DNA of 22,438 nt from NCBI GenBank assembly GCA_043816785.1, contig JBDRHP010000085.1, forward strand, positions 1-22,438, in the 5' to 3' direction. The DNA is from Candidatus Margulisiibacteriota bacterium. GTDB taxonomy: Bacteria; Margulisbacteria; WOR-1; O2-12-FULL-45-9. This document shows positions 1 to 8,667 of this stretch, piece by piece. The position numbers were made by a program, and so were the translations under genes. The notes under the pieces were generated by a model, which saw only the letters and a program-made list of their open reading frames with translations, was not told where the DNA came from and ran no database searches. Position 1 is the first letter of the stretch; each line of letters starts with the position of its first letter.

Positions 1-345
1 TTGGAATATGCCACCTTAAGGTATCTAGGGGCTCAAAGAGTAAATATTGGAGGAATATTTGGGACCGTAGGAATTAATACTGAAGACACGCATTTAAGTC
101 TCCGAGCAGGCATTGAAACTGCTTATATCCATCGAGAATGGCAGGTTGCTTATGAGACATGGGGAAGAGTAATTGAAGGTGAAAGCCATAAAGAAACCGG
201 ATTAACTTTAAACGGACAAGTAGGTCTTGAAGCTGGCTTTCTCGGGAATAAAGTAAATATTTACGCGGCAGTACAAATTGATTATTTAACTGAGCCAATC
301 CAAACCGCAGCAGGATTTACATTGCAAGCAATGTATAACTTTTAA
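1..345 (+). CDS. 3' part of a probable outer-membrane beta-barrel protein (truncated by window edge)
   Basis: Open frame from the window start. Alternating hydrophobic/polar beta-strand pattern and C-terminal ...FTLQAMYNF ending in Phe, typical of the BAM beta-signal. Confidence 0.55.
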   Translation: MEYATLRYLGAQRVNIGGIFGTVGINTEDTHLSLRAGIETAYIHREWQVAYETWGRVIEGESHKETGLTLNGQVGLEAGFLGNKVNIYAAVQIDYLTEPIQTAAGFTLQAMYNF

Positions 346-378
346 TTTAAACACAAAGGAGCAAAAAAGCATCTTGAT

Positions 379-3282
379 ATGCCAGTAGCATGCAGAACAC
401 ATTTAAGAAGGTTTTCTCAACAAGCTGCGGGAAATGTTGTCCAGCTTGGTACTTACTTTAGAGGCCCACATGCCTTAGCCAACGCAGCAGTAGACTTTAG
501 AAACTGTTCTCCGCAAGATGTCGGCCGCTTTATTGGCGCAGTCCGTCATCAAGGTCCTTTACAAGATAATGTTATTGGCCTTTTTAATAATGGAACTGTT
601 CCCATTGCAACAACTTCCCCCCAACCCAGTCTTGCTCAACTTAGAATAGCAGCTTATAGAAAAGCAAAGGATTGCTACTATTCCTCTGACTTCTCAGAAC
701 ACTATTTTGACTTCTGCATCAGGGAAAAAATAAATACAGGCAGAAGCTGCAAGATGAATCTTACTGAAGAAGAACTCTATAGAGCCATACTGGAGATCAA
801 CGCAAATAAATTAAAATACTTAGCTGGAGATGAACTTCTTGATTGTGTCTTAAAATTCAAGGCGCAGGAAAGAATCATTCAAGAAAAAGCCTTACGAGGC
901 CAGTTCATTTTCTTCGGCAATCAAGAAGATTTGACCCTTTCAGCCAGGCTATTAACATACGCCTTACAGAGCCAACACGTGTCACACGAAAGAAAACTAA
1001 CCCTAGCACTAATGATCTTGAGCAGCCACCTTTTTAGGAATAATAAGGGCACTAGTTCTTTTTCCGACCGTTTTGCTTATCCAAAAGATCTTAACCAAGA
1101 TCATTTAATTCCTGTACTAAATAAGGAATTAAAAAGAAAAGGAGCAAACCCGATTGGCTCAAGACTAACCAAGCCCTCGGAGATAAAACATCGTTATCAG
1201 AAAAACCTGAGAGCTGCTGAAATTGCTCGATTAGAAGAAGAAGCCAGACAAGCTGAAATGGCTAGAAGAAGACCTAAACGGACAGAATTTGTTAGTCTCC
1301 TTCGTTCACAGGAAGCGAAATTAATAGAAGAAGCTCGGCTGGCTAAAGAAGTACAAAGGGCAGCTGAAGCTGCGTTTGAAGCGTGGTTTGAAGATGCTCG
1401 ACAAAATCATAATGTTTACCTGGAATTTTGCCAGGATACCTCAATCAATTTAGAGCGTCGCTTATATCTTCACGCTGAATGGGAACAAAGAAAAGACCTT
1501 GCCAGAGAAGAAATGGTTACAAATGCCAGCGTGAGGCAAAGGCTCTATCAAGAAATTGCTTCGGGAGATGTATACCTTAGCGATAGTGAGGCTGGTGATT
1601 TATTACAAACTTCATGGTATTGGAAATTATTTACTTGTCGGCAAACACCAGCAATTTTACAATTACGAATGGATCTGATTGATGTTATGGCTCTGGGATG
1701 GCATTCTCTAGCTGAGCTCCAAAACCATTGGAACATAACTGTTAGAAAGAATTTTCTGGCAACCTCCTTGGATTATATTAAGCATCTACGCACATTCAGC
1801 AATGGTTTTGGCAAACCCTGGCAAGAACATTATTGGATTTCACCCCGCATGTGTGCGGTTGCCGCATTAATTGAAGCAGGCAAAAATATACCAGCGGATA
1901 CAATTATTCGTGAGGCAGCAGGCGATAGCGAAAAAACTGAGTCTGTCCTGTATGCTTTTAGCCGAGTCAAGGGTACACCTTCACGTGGCTGGGTTGCCCA
2001 ACTCCTATGCATTCCTTTTGAAGATTTTCCAACTGATATTTTAAGAACATATTTAGAGAGAATTGATCAACTTCCGCCAGGAGCCTTACGCAAACAATTG
2101 CGCTTACAAGTTCAGTTTGCCCTACCCCTGGGAGTAATGTCTGGTTTTTCTCCAACAGTTTTAAAAAACGAGGATTCCTTTAGAGCAAGGCTGACGGAAT
2201 TTCGAAAGATTGCAAGAGAATTTGATCTTGGACCAATTCAAAAAGTAATTGAGGTTATAGATTTTGCTCTTAGCTTTCGAGTTGGCCAATCCGCCGAGAC
2301 CAAAACCTTAATGGGGGTGCGCAACCACCTTTTAGCTTGGGTCAGTGCCTTTACCGCAGAAAACCCGGTATTTGCCAGAAGAACAAATTATCAAGCTTTC
2401 CTTGAAAATGCCTTATTAGTTTTGCTACATAGAGTTTTTATTCAAGTAGGAAGAAACATTGCAAAAAGGATTGAAAAAATTTCTGGTTATGAAGTTTGGA
2501 TAGATGTAGACAATGATCTTAGCGGCTCATGGGGACAAATAACTCTAACCCACTTGAGATCGTTTTTATCTGGAAATAAACCAAACAACCAACCTGAGGC
2601 AACAGCCGAAACAGCAAGCGCTATGACAGCTTCTTTTTCAAGAATGAGTATGGTAATGCGTCAAGAACTAAGATTAAGCATGTCATTACAAACTTTAGAT
2701 ACTATGCTCCTTGAAGGATCATATAGTCTTGAAGAATTCATAAACCGTTTATTAACCCTAAATGCCCTCGTTCCGCATGAGTTGGCCCACCAAGTTGTCG
2801 AATATGGCATTCTTACGCCCCGGGTTAGAGGAAGTGGCAGGGTCCCTGGCAGATTGAAATTCTTTGATAAGCAAGACGTATCAGGCCAGTACAAGGAAGT
2901 TATTACAGATCGCGTTGGACTTGCTCTGGCTAGACGCTACGGAGTGTTTTCCCCTGCTCGATCTCGCAAAGAAAGAACCAATGAATATGCTCATTCACAA
3001 TATCACATCGCTAAAATGATTTTTGAAATGAAAATATCGGGCAGACATGATTGCAACAATGTTTACCTTTTAAGGGTAGCAGCTCATTGTGCCTATCTAG
3101 CTGCTGAAATCGAAGATGAATCTCTCCGTAATAAGCTACAAACACTTTCACTTCAAATATTGGGGTATTTTGCCAAACAAGACAACAAAGTAAAAGCTGA
3201 GGAAGCAAATAGAATATTTGATTATTTCGTGAAGGTTTTTATCCAGACAAAAGTCTCTCGACTAAAAAGAGAAAAATCCTAA
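379..3282 (+). CDS. Large orphan protein (967 aa) with a central coiled coil and a C-terminal zincin-like metallopeptidase motif
   Basis: Long ORF. E/A/R-rich helical segment at about aa 270-340. HELAH (HExxH) at nt 2776-2790, followed about 40 aa later by KEVITDRVG, resembling the third-ligand helix of gluzincin/M48 peptidases. Confidence 0.6.
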   Translation: MPVACRTHLRRFSQQAAGNVVQLGTYFRGPHALANAAVDFRNCSPQDVGRFIGAVRHQGPLQDNVIGLFNNGTVPIATTSPQPSLAQLRIAAYRKAKDCYYSSDFSEHYFDFCIREKINTGRSCKMNLTEEELYRAILEINANKLKYLAGDELLDCVLKFKAQERIIQEKALRGQFIFFGNQEDLTLSARLLTYALQSQHVSHERKLTLALMILSSHLFRNNKGTSSFSDRFAYPKDLNQDHLIPVLNKELKRKGANPIGSRLTKPSEIKHRYQKNLRAAEIARLEEEARQAEMARRRPKRTEFVSLLRSQEAKLIEEARLAKEVQRAAEAAFEAWFEDARQNHNVYLEFCQDTSINLERRLYLHAEWEQRKDLAREEMVTNASVRQRLYQEIASGDVYLSDSEAGDLLQTSWYWKLFTCRQTPAILQLRMDLIDVMALGWHSLAELQNHWNITVRKNFLATSLDYIKHLRTFSNGFGKPWQEHYWISPRMCAVAALIEAGKNIPADTIIREAAGDSEKTESVLYAFSRVKGTPSRGWVAQLLCIPFEDFPTDILRTYLERIDQLPPGALRKQLRLQVQFALPLGVMSGFSPTVLKNEDSFRARLTEFRKIAREFDLGPIQKVIEVIDFALSFRVGQSAETKTLMGVRNHLLAWVSAFTAENPVFARRTNYQAFLENALLVLLHRVFIQVGRNIAKRIEKISGYEVWIDVDNDLSGSWGQITLTHLRSFLSGNKPNNQPEATAETASAMTASFSRMSMVMRQELRLSMSLQTLDTMLLEGSYSLEEFINRLLTLNALVPHELAHQVVEYGILTPRVRGSGRVPGRLKFFDKQDVSGQYKEVITDRVGLALARRYGVFSPARSRKERTNEYAHSQYHIAKMIFEMKISGRHDCNNVYLLRVAAHCAYLAAEIEDESLRNKLQTLSLQILGYFAKQDNKVKAEEANRIFDYFVKVFIQTKVSRLKREKS

Positions 3283-3330
3283 TCAATCCTTACGCCACCT
3301 CGCCCCATACTGCGTATCTTCGATACTATT
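3283..3330 (-). pseudogene. Relic duplicate of the cysS 3' end
   Basis: Minus strand reads NSIEDTQYGARWRKD* with TGA at 3283-3285. 3295-3330 matches 4918-4953 of cysS at 29/36 nt. Confidence 0.8.
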
Positions 3331-3342
3331 TTCCCGTATAGC

Positions 3343-3370
3343 TGAAATTAGTGCTGATTTTTAACGATAT
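3343..3370 (+). promoter_or_regulatory. Alternative-sigma (sigma-28-like) promoter motif, copy 1
   Basis: TGAAATT-N16-GATAT with -10 octamer AACGATAT. Followed by SD GAGGTG (3395-3400) and ATG at 3408. Confidence 0.55.
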
Positions 3371-3407
3371 ATATATGTTAGCAAATCTATAAATGAGGTG
3401 ACCTAAA

Positions 3408-4949
3408 ATGGGAAGTCCAATATGTGCAACAGGAGCAGCAAAAAGATTTCAATTTCCAATAATGGCATTGCAACGGCCTATAAAGCTAAAAACCGAGAAC
3501 GCTTGCTACCAGCTTCAAATGCTCAAGATAACAGGCTTGCAAGCCAAACAATTAATGTCAGCACCAATGCAAATACGAAGAGCATTGGATAAATTTTCTA
3601 TCGGCATAGAACGTATTAGTGGGGCTAGAATAAGACTTTTTCCAAATAGACATGAAAGTCTGCGCAAAATGACTGACTTTTTCCAAGATTTTAGAATTGA
3701 TCTAGCTCCAGGCGAAGTTACTCTGCTTGAGATCGCCGAGGCCATTGACATAAAACCTCTTGATTTATTGACTTTTGTTGAAGAGGGAAATCTTGACGAT
3801 TTGATTGCCAGAACTGTTGTTTTATCGCCAAGAAAAAACTCAGACCTTATCACGGGAATCTTTCAACAGAGTGACATTCAAGAAATCAGTAGAAGGATTT
3901 CTTTAACAACACCACAACAACTTCAAGAATTATCACTTAGAGGCATGCAACTACTTGCTCAAAGGACACAAATCCCTACAATACTCGAGCAGGAAATTGC
4001 AGGATATACCGGAGCAGCCCCTATGTCAGCTGCGCTCGAACATTTAAATCTTGGTCTATTTATCGAGGCAATGCAGCGTGTCGCGTCAATCCAGGCAGAA
4101 ACTGTAACCACATTAGAAAGTCTGCAACAATCTTTTCAAGAAGCTTTAGGTTTTCCAAAAGAATTTCGCCCTATGAAATTCATTGCTTGGCCTGCATATT
4201 TGGGCACACATCGAATAAGAGAGGTTGCCAACCTGGTTGGGACCACAGAAGTTGAAACCTCTGAAGGAATAATGGCAAAGGCTAAGCTTCATAAACTATT
4301 AATAGCCTATGCCCAACAAGAGGGTGATTCCGCCTCACTCGCCTTAGTCCATTATTTATTGGATAAAGCTGATCAGGGAAAAATCACCAATCCAGATGGC
4401 CTATTAGCAGAATTCCAAGCTCTTTCGTGTCTACTACCCCTCCCCGGCTCACAAGGTGAAGATTTTGTGCCTGCCCCTCCTGCAACCACTTGGAGAAAAG
4501 AATATATTGGGAGCATAGCCGCTCATGGAGTACAACTAAAGCAGGCCTGGTTATCAGGGAACCCTGAAGCAAAAGGTTTCGAAACCTTCTTAGCAGTTTG
4601 GCCCAGAGACTATGTTAGAGGAGGAAAACCATTATCAAGCCTGATGATGGAATATCACCCAGGCGTTTTTGTAAGAATGCTGGAAGAAGTTGCACAAGCC
4701 AAAACAGATAGCGATATCAGTCAATTAAAATTTGACCATTTTAGGATAAAAAAGAGTGATGGGTTTGGATCAATTGGTCCTTTCGAGTTTGTCCTTGATA
4801 AAATCCTGTCCTATCTATTTTTTGTTGTAGATTTACCATGCTCAGCTTCAACTGAACTTGATTTTGTAGAATTACACGCGAGGTTAACTACTTTAGCTCA
4901 AAGTTTTGAGCAGAAGTCCGCCTCGTCCCATACGGCGTATCCTCAATAG
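3408..4949 (+). CDS. Orphan hypothetical protein (513 aa)
   Basis: Long ORF with a good SD and no recognisable motif. Its 3' end overlaps the convergent cysS 3' end by 62 nt. Confidence 0.75.
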   Translation: MGSPICATGAAKRFQFPIMALQRPIKLKTENACYQLQMLKITGLQAKQLMSAPMQIRRALDKFSIGIERISGARIRLFPNRHESLRKMTDFFQDFRIDLAPGEVTLLEIAEAIDIKPLDLLTFVEEGNLDDLIARTVVLSPRKNSDLITGIFQQSDIQEISRRISLTTPQQLQELSLRGMQLLAQRTQIPTILEQEIAGYTGAAPMSAALEHLNLGLFIEAMQRVASIQAETVTTLESLQQSFQEALGFPKEFRPMKFIAWPAYLGTHRIREVANLVGTTEVETSEGIMAKAKLHKLLIAYAQQEGDSASLALVHYLLDKADQGKITNPDGLLAEFQALSCLLPLPGSQGEDFVPAPPATTWRKEYIGSIAAHGVQLKQAWLSGNPEAKGFETFLAVWPRDYVRGGKPLSSLMMEYHPGVFVRMLEEVAQAKTDSDISQLKFDHFRIKKSDGFGSIGPFEFVLDKILSYLFFVVDLPCSASTELDFVELHARLTTLAQSFEQKSASSHTAYPQ

Positions 4950-6315
4950 TAATACCCATCGCAGCTAACTGATCCCTAATCTGATCAGCTTTTGCAAAAT
5001 CTTTTTTCTTGCGCGCTTCTTCTCTCTCGGCTACCAATTTCTCCACTTCTTTATCTCGCAAAGCAAGCTTTGCAACTACAATCTCTAACCCCAAAATCCC
5101 ACACAACTCCAACACCGACCCCTTCATCACTCCCAAACACTCCTTTTCCGCTTCCCCCTCTTCCAGCTTCTTATTACAATAATGGATCAAACCAAAAATT
5201 GTGGCAATCGCGCTGGCTGTATTAAAATCATCATCCATTGCCTCTTTAAATTTATCTTTGAATTCAAAAAGCTCCTCTTCCAGGTCTTCAAGCTCAATAG
5301 TCGGGGCCTTCTCCATTGACTTCTCCAACAGAAAATCAATATCTTGAATAAATTTGGAAACACGGCCCAAAGCCTCCCTTGAACTCTCGATCTCTTTATC
5401 GCTATAGTTGATCGGGCTGCGGTAATGGGTCGAAAGCAGGAAGAAACGCACCGCCATAGGATCAAACTTTTTAAAAATATCTCTGAGTGTAAAAAAGTTC
5501 CCCAAGGACTTGGACATCTTCTGCTGGTTAATATTCACAAAGCCATTATGCATCCAATATTTAACAAAAGGTTTGCCAGTAAAGGCTTCTGCCTGGGCAA
5601 TTTCATTCTCGTGATGCGGAAAGATCAGGTCACGGCCGCCGCCATGGATATCAAAGGTCTCACCCAAAAACTTATTCGACATGGTTGAGCATTCAATATG
5701 CCAGCCGGGCCTGCCTTTGCCCCACGGTGAATCCCAACTTGGCTCGCCTTCTTTGGCCGCTTTCCAAAGCGCAAAATCCATTGGGTCTTTTTTACGCTCA
5801 TCAATCCCAACGCGCGCCCCTGCCAGCAAATCCTTCTTCTTTCGCTTGGAAAGCTTGCCGTATTCAGCAAACTTGGAAACCTGAAAGTAAACATCACCCT
5901 CAATTTCATAAGCAAAGCCCAATTTGATCAAGCCTTTAATGACTTCGATCATATCCGGGATCGTCTCGGTAGCTTTAGGATATTTCGCTGCCCTGCCAAC
6001 ATTTAACTTATCCATCACCTCAAAATAAGATTGCGTATATCTATCAACCACGTCCCCCGTCCCTCGCCCCTCATCCCTTGCCTTAGCAATAATCTTGTCA
6101 TCAATGTCAGTTATGTTCTGGACATAAGTAACTTCATAGCCCGACTCTTTAAGATAACGGAGAACAATATCAAAAGTCACATAAGCGCGAGCATGTCCCA
6201 GGTGGGTCTCATCATAGGGAGTAATACCGCAAACATACATTTTGACCTGAGGCGGATTTAGCGGCTGGAAATCTTCTTTTTGTTGGGTTAAAGTATTATA
6301 AATCCTTAAAGCCAT
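4888..6315 (-). CDS. cysS: Cysteine--tRNA ligase
   Basis: MYVCGITPYD, HLGH (HIGH), GRPGWHIECS, DIHGGGRDLIFPHHENE, KMSKS, DDFNT and the C-terminal REEARKKKDFAKADQIRD anticodon-binding helix. Confidence 0.98.
   Translation of the reverse strand: MALRIYNTLTQQKEDFQPLNPPQVKMYVCGITPYDETHLGHARAYVTFDIVLRYLKESGYEVTYVQNITDIDDKIIAKARDEGRGTGDVVDRYTQSYFEVMDKLNVGRAAKYPKATETIPDMIEVIKGLIKLGFAYEIEGDVYFQVSKFAEYGKLSKRKKKDLLAGARVGIDERKKDPMDFALWKAAKEGEPSWDSPWGKGRPGWHIECSTMSNKFLGETFDIHGGGRDLIFPHHENEIAQAEAFTGKPFVKYWMHNGFVNINQQKMSKSLGNFFTLRDIFKKFDPMAVRFFLLSTHYRSPINYSDKEIESSREALGRVSKFIQDIDFLLEKSMEKAPTIELEDLEEELFEFKDKFKEAMDDDFNTASAIATIFGLIHYCNKKLEEGEAEKECLGVMKGSVLELCGILGLEIVVAKLALRDKEVEKLVAEREEARKKKDFAKADQIRDQLAAMGITIEDTPYGTRRTSAQNFELK
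6051..6078. repeat. Four imperfect tandem heptamers inside cysS
   Basis: CGTCCCC CGTCCCT CGCCCCT CATCCCT, encoding RDEGRGTGD on the minus strand. Confidence 0.6.
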
Positions 6316-6324
6316 GACCAGCCA

Positions 6325-6335
6325 ATTTTACCACA
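6325..6335 (-). promoter_or_regulatory. Extended -10 promoter of cysS (near-leaderless)
   Basis: Minus strand TGTGgTAAAAT lies 9 nt before ATG 6315, with no SD in between. Confidence 0.55.
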
Positions 6336-6343
6336 TTTCCCCC

Positions 6344-6372
6344 TTGACTGAAACAAAATATAGGCGGATAAT
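6344..6372 (+). promoter_or_regulatory. Sigma-70 promoter of the lipoprotein gene
   Basis: TTGACT-N17-GATAAT, followed by SD AAGGAG upstream of ATG 6394. Confidence 0.55.
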
Positions 6373-6393
6373 TCATGAAAAAAGGAGAAAAAA

Positions 6394-7917
6394 ATGAAAA
6401 AAAATATACGATTGAACTATGGGATATCGATTCTCTGTCTTTTGGGATTGGCCTGGTTAATTGTCGGCTGCGGACAAACCACTACCCCTGCCCCAACGCC
6501 CACCCCAACCCCGAGCGGCAGCGTAACGATTAGCGGCACTTTAAACACAGGCAACATCGCCAGCACTGCCATTCATTCAGCCGGAGTCAGAGCCCAGGCT
6601 ACAGTTCTGGCAGCGCTGCCGGATTATTATGTGGTCGCTGTTTCCAGCGATACTGGCCAGGTCTATTTCCCTGCCAGCGAAACAGACGCTTCCGGCAATT
6701 TTAGCATACCTAATTTACCTAACGATGAAAGCTTCTTTCTCGAGGTCATTGACTCCAATTATCAATTAGCTGCGCCTGTTGCCCTGGGTTCGACTGATGG
6801 AAAAGTCGTCATGGCTTTAGATCCAGGCACAACCAGCACCCTTGACCTGGACCAGATTGTCCTGGACACTTCTAAAAATACTGCTGCTCCAGCTTCAGCT
6901 CCGTCCGGCTATTATGATCTGACTGCCAGCGTTGAGGCCAAAGCCGGAGAAGCCCTGGTTCCCAAAGGAGCAGGCAATTTTGGCAAAGGCTCTGCGCAGC
7001 AATACAGCGGCAGCTACGACCCTGATCAGATTGACGGCGACAAGGACGGTCTGCCCAATTTCTTTGACGCGGACAACAATGGCGACCTGGTCGTTGATGA
7101 GCTGGACGGCCTCTACACCCGCGAAGCCTTTATCCTCGGCGCCATAGCCGACTTTTTCCCCTATGCTTTTGTTAACCTAAAAATTGATTATGACCGGCGC
7201 AACACATTTAATACTGGCACCGACGCTTACAGCGACATGACCATTGCCATCGGCGTAACTTCCAACATAGGCAGAGGCGCGCTGTCAACCAAGACCATTT
7301 CCAGCGTAAAGGTTATTGAAGGCCCCAGCTGGCTGTCAAAAGCTACTGTAATCAGCGGCGGACTGTGGAGCGCGACCAGCTATGCCGTACCCGCACAAGG
7401 GCTCGATGTCTTTGAAGTCCAGGTCAACGGTTTAAAGCCGCTAACAGATGTTAACGCCGGGGACGCCTTGAAGTTCCAGGTAAACTACACAGATGGGACC
7501 AACGATGAGGCGATCAAAATGCTCAATTTTATTTTTACTGATATTCCGCGCGTCACCGCCTATAAGATCGGCAGCGGCAGCTGGATAGACGCCACGGCTT
7601 TCCCAACCGCGGGTCCGCTGAGTTCTGCCTCAACTTCTGAGGTGTCCTTGCGCTGGACCAGGCCTAAGGACGAAACCGGCGTGGAAATCAATGGCGGCCG
7701 GTACACCTGGGAGTACAACGCCGTGGGTGGCGGCGCCCGCGAAGTGGAGATTATCAGCAAGGATACTTCAACCGCTCCGTCCCTTGAAGGAACTTATCTA
7801 TTGGGCTCACTAAGTGACGCTGATTTTTCCGCAGCAGATTTTATGATTGGCGTTTGCATCCGCAGCATGGCTAATGATAACGCGGCAGAAAATGTCAGGT
7901 TCACCAAAGGCTGGTAA
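6394..7917 (+). CDS. Surface lipoprotein with a Pro/Thr linker, beta-rich domains and an acidic Ca-binding motif
   Basis: Signal peptide with lipobox LIVG-C25. PAPTPTPTPS tether. DGDKDGLPNFFDADNNGDLVVDELD resembles thrombospondin type-3 (DxDxDG) Ca-binding repeats. Confidence 0.8.
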   Translation: MKKNIRLNYGISILCLLGLAWLIVGCGQTTTPAPTPTPTPSGSVTISGTLNTGNIASTAIHSAGVRAQATVLAALPDYYVVAVSSDTGQVYFPASETDASGNFSIPNLPNDESFFLEVIDSNYQLAAPVALGSTDGKVVMALDPGTTSTLDLDQIVLDTSKNTAAPASAPSGYYDLTASVEAKAGEALVPKGAGNFGKGSAQQYSGSYDPDQIDGDKDGLPNFFDADNNGDLVVDELDGLYTREAFILGAIADFFPYAFVNLKIDYDRRNTFNTGTDAYSDMTIAIGVTSNIGRGALSTKTISSVKVIEGPSWLSKATVISGGLWSATSYAVPAQGLDVFEVQVNGLKPLTDVNAGDALKFQVNYTDGTNDEAIKMLNFIFTDIPRVTAYKIGSGSWIDATAFPTAGPLSSASTSEVSLRWTRPKDETGVEINGGRYTWEYNAVGGGAREVEIISKDTSTAPSLEGTYLLGSLSDADFSAADFMIGVCIRSMANDNAAENVRFTKGW

Positions 7918-7928
7918 GCGGGGCTAGA

Positions 7929-8537
7929 TCATTTATTGATCTTTTCTTCCAGCACCTTGAGCCTGGTGTTCAGTTCGTCGATCGCTTTATGCACCGGATC
8001 AGGCAGTGCGCCGTGTTCCAGCGGAGCCAAACGACGGCCTTCGCGCTTGATCGTCCAGGACGGATTGCCCACCACAGTGGTATCAGGAGGAACCGATTTA
8101 GTCACCACACTGCCCGCACCCACCCGAGAATTGTTGCCAATGGTTATATTGCCCAGGATGATCGCTCCCGCCCCGATCACCACATCATCACCCACGCTGG
8201 GATGCCTTTTGCCTTTTTCCTTGCCAGTGCCGCCCAAAGTAACCCCCTGAAAAATAACAACGTCATCGCCGATCACTGATGTCTCGCCAATAACTACCCC
8301 ATTGCCATGGTCAATAAAAAATCGCTTACCAATGGTTGCACCAGGATGGATCTCAATTAAAGTCAAAAGCCGCGAGATCTGCGAGATCAGCCTGGGGAGG
8401 ACAGGGATCCTCAATTTATATAAAAAGTGAGCGAGGCGATAAAAAAACATGGCCCACAGGCCCTGATAAAGCATGACTTCAAAAATATTAGCTGCTGCCG
8501 GGTCTTTTTCAAATATTGTTCTTATGCCGTCAAACAT
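7929..8537 (-). CDS. cysE: Serine O-acetyltransferase
   Basis: [47 protein letters not shown] and hexapeptide repeats. Start moved to ATG 8537, which has SD AAGGAGG at 8543-8549. Confidence 0.96.
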   Translation of the reverse strand: MFDGIRTIFEKDPAAANIFEVMLYQGLWAMFFYRLAHFLYKLRIPVLPRLISQISRLLTLIEIHPGATIGKRFFIDHGNGVVIGETSVIGDDVVIFQGVTLGGTGKEKGKRHPSVGDDVVIGAGAIILGNITIGNNSRVGAGSVVTKSVPPDTTVVGNPSWTIKREGRRLAPLEHGALPDPVHKAIDELNTRLKVLEEKINK

Positions 8538-8555
8538 TGAAACCTCCTTAATAAT

Positions 8556-8666
8556 CCTCACCCCCTCCCTTCGCTCCGCTCAGGGTTTCCCCCTCTCCAT
8601 CGAAGATGGAGAGGGGGAGGCGTCTTAAGCGTTAGCGGGCCTGCCTGCCGGCAGGCAGGGGTGAGG
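8556..8666. repeat. Composite palindromic (REP-like) repeat cluster
   Basis: Outer inverted repeat CCTCACCCC (8556-8564) / GGGGTGAGG (8658-8666). Inside: CCCTTCGCTCCGCTCAGGG (8567-8585), a perfect 14-bp stem with GAA loop (8588-8618) and the perfect 20-bp palindrome CCTGCCTGCCGGCAGGCAGG (8640-8659). Confidence 0.85.
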
Positions 8667-8667
8667 T

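Noticed and set aside
3295..4953. Diverged direct repeat as a DGR template/variable repeat pair
   Set aside because: Only 36 bp long, mismatches are not adenine-specific on either strand, and there is no reverse transcriptase in the window.
6484..6513. C-rich short repeats in the lipoprotein gene
   Set aside because: An ordinary codon-aligned Pro/Thr linker.
8538..8667. T-box riboswitch upstream of cysE
   Set aside because: No T-box consensus (AAnnnGGGTGGnACC) or specifier stem was seen. The region is fully explained by palindromic repeats.
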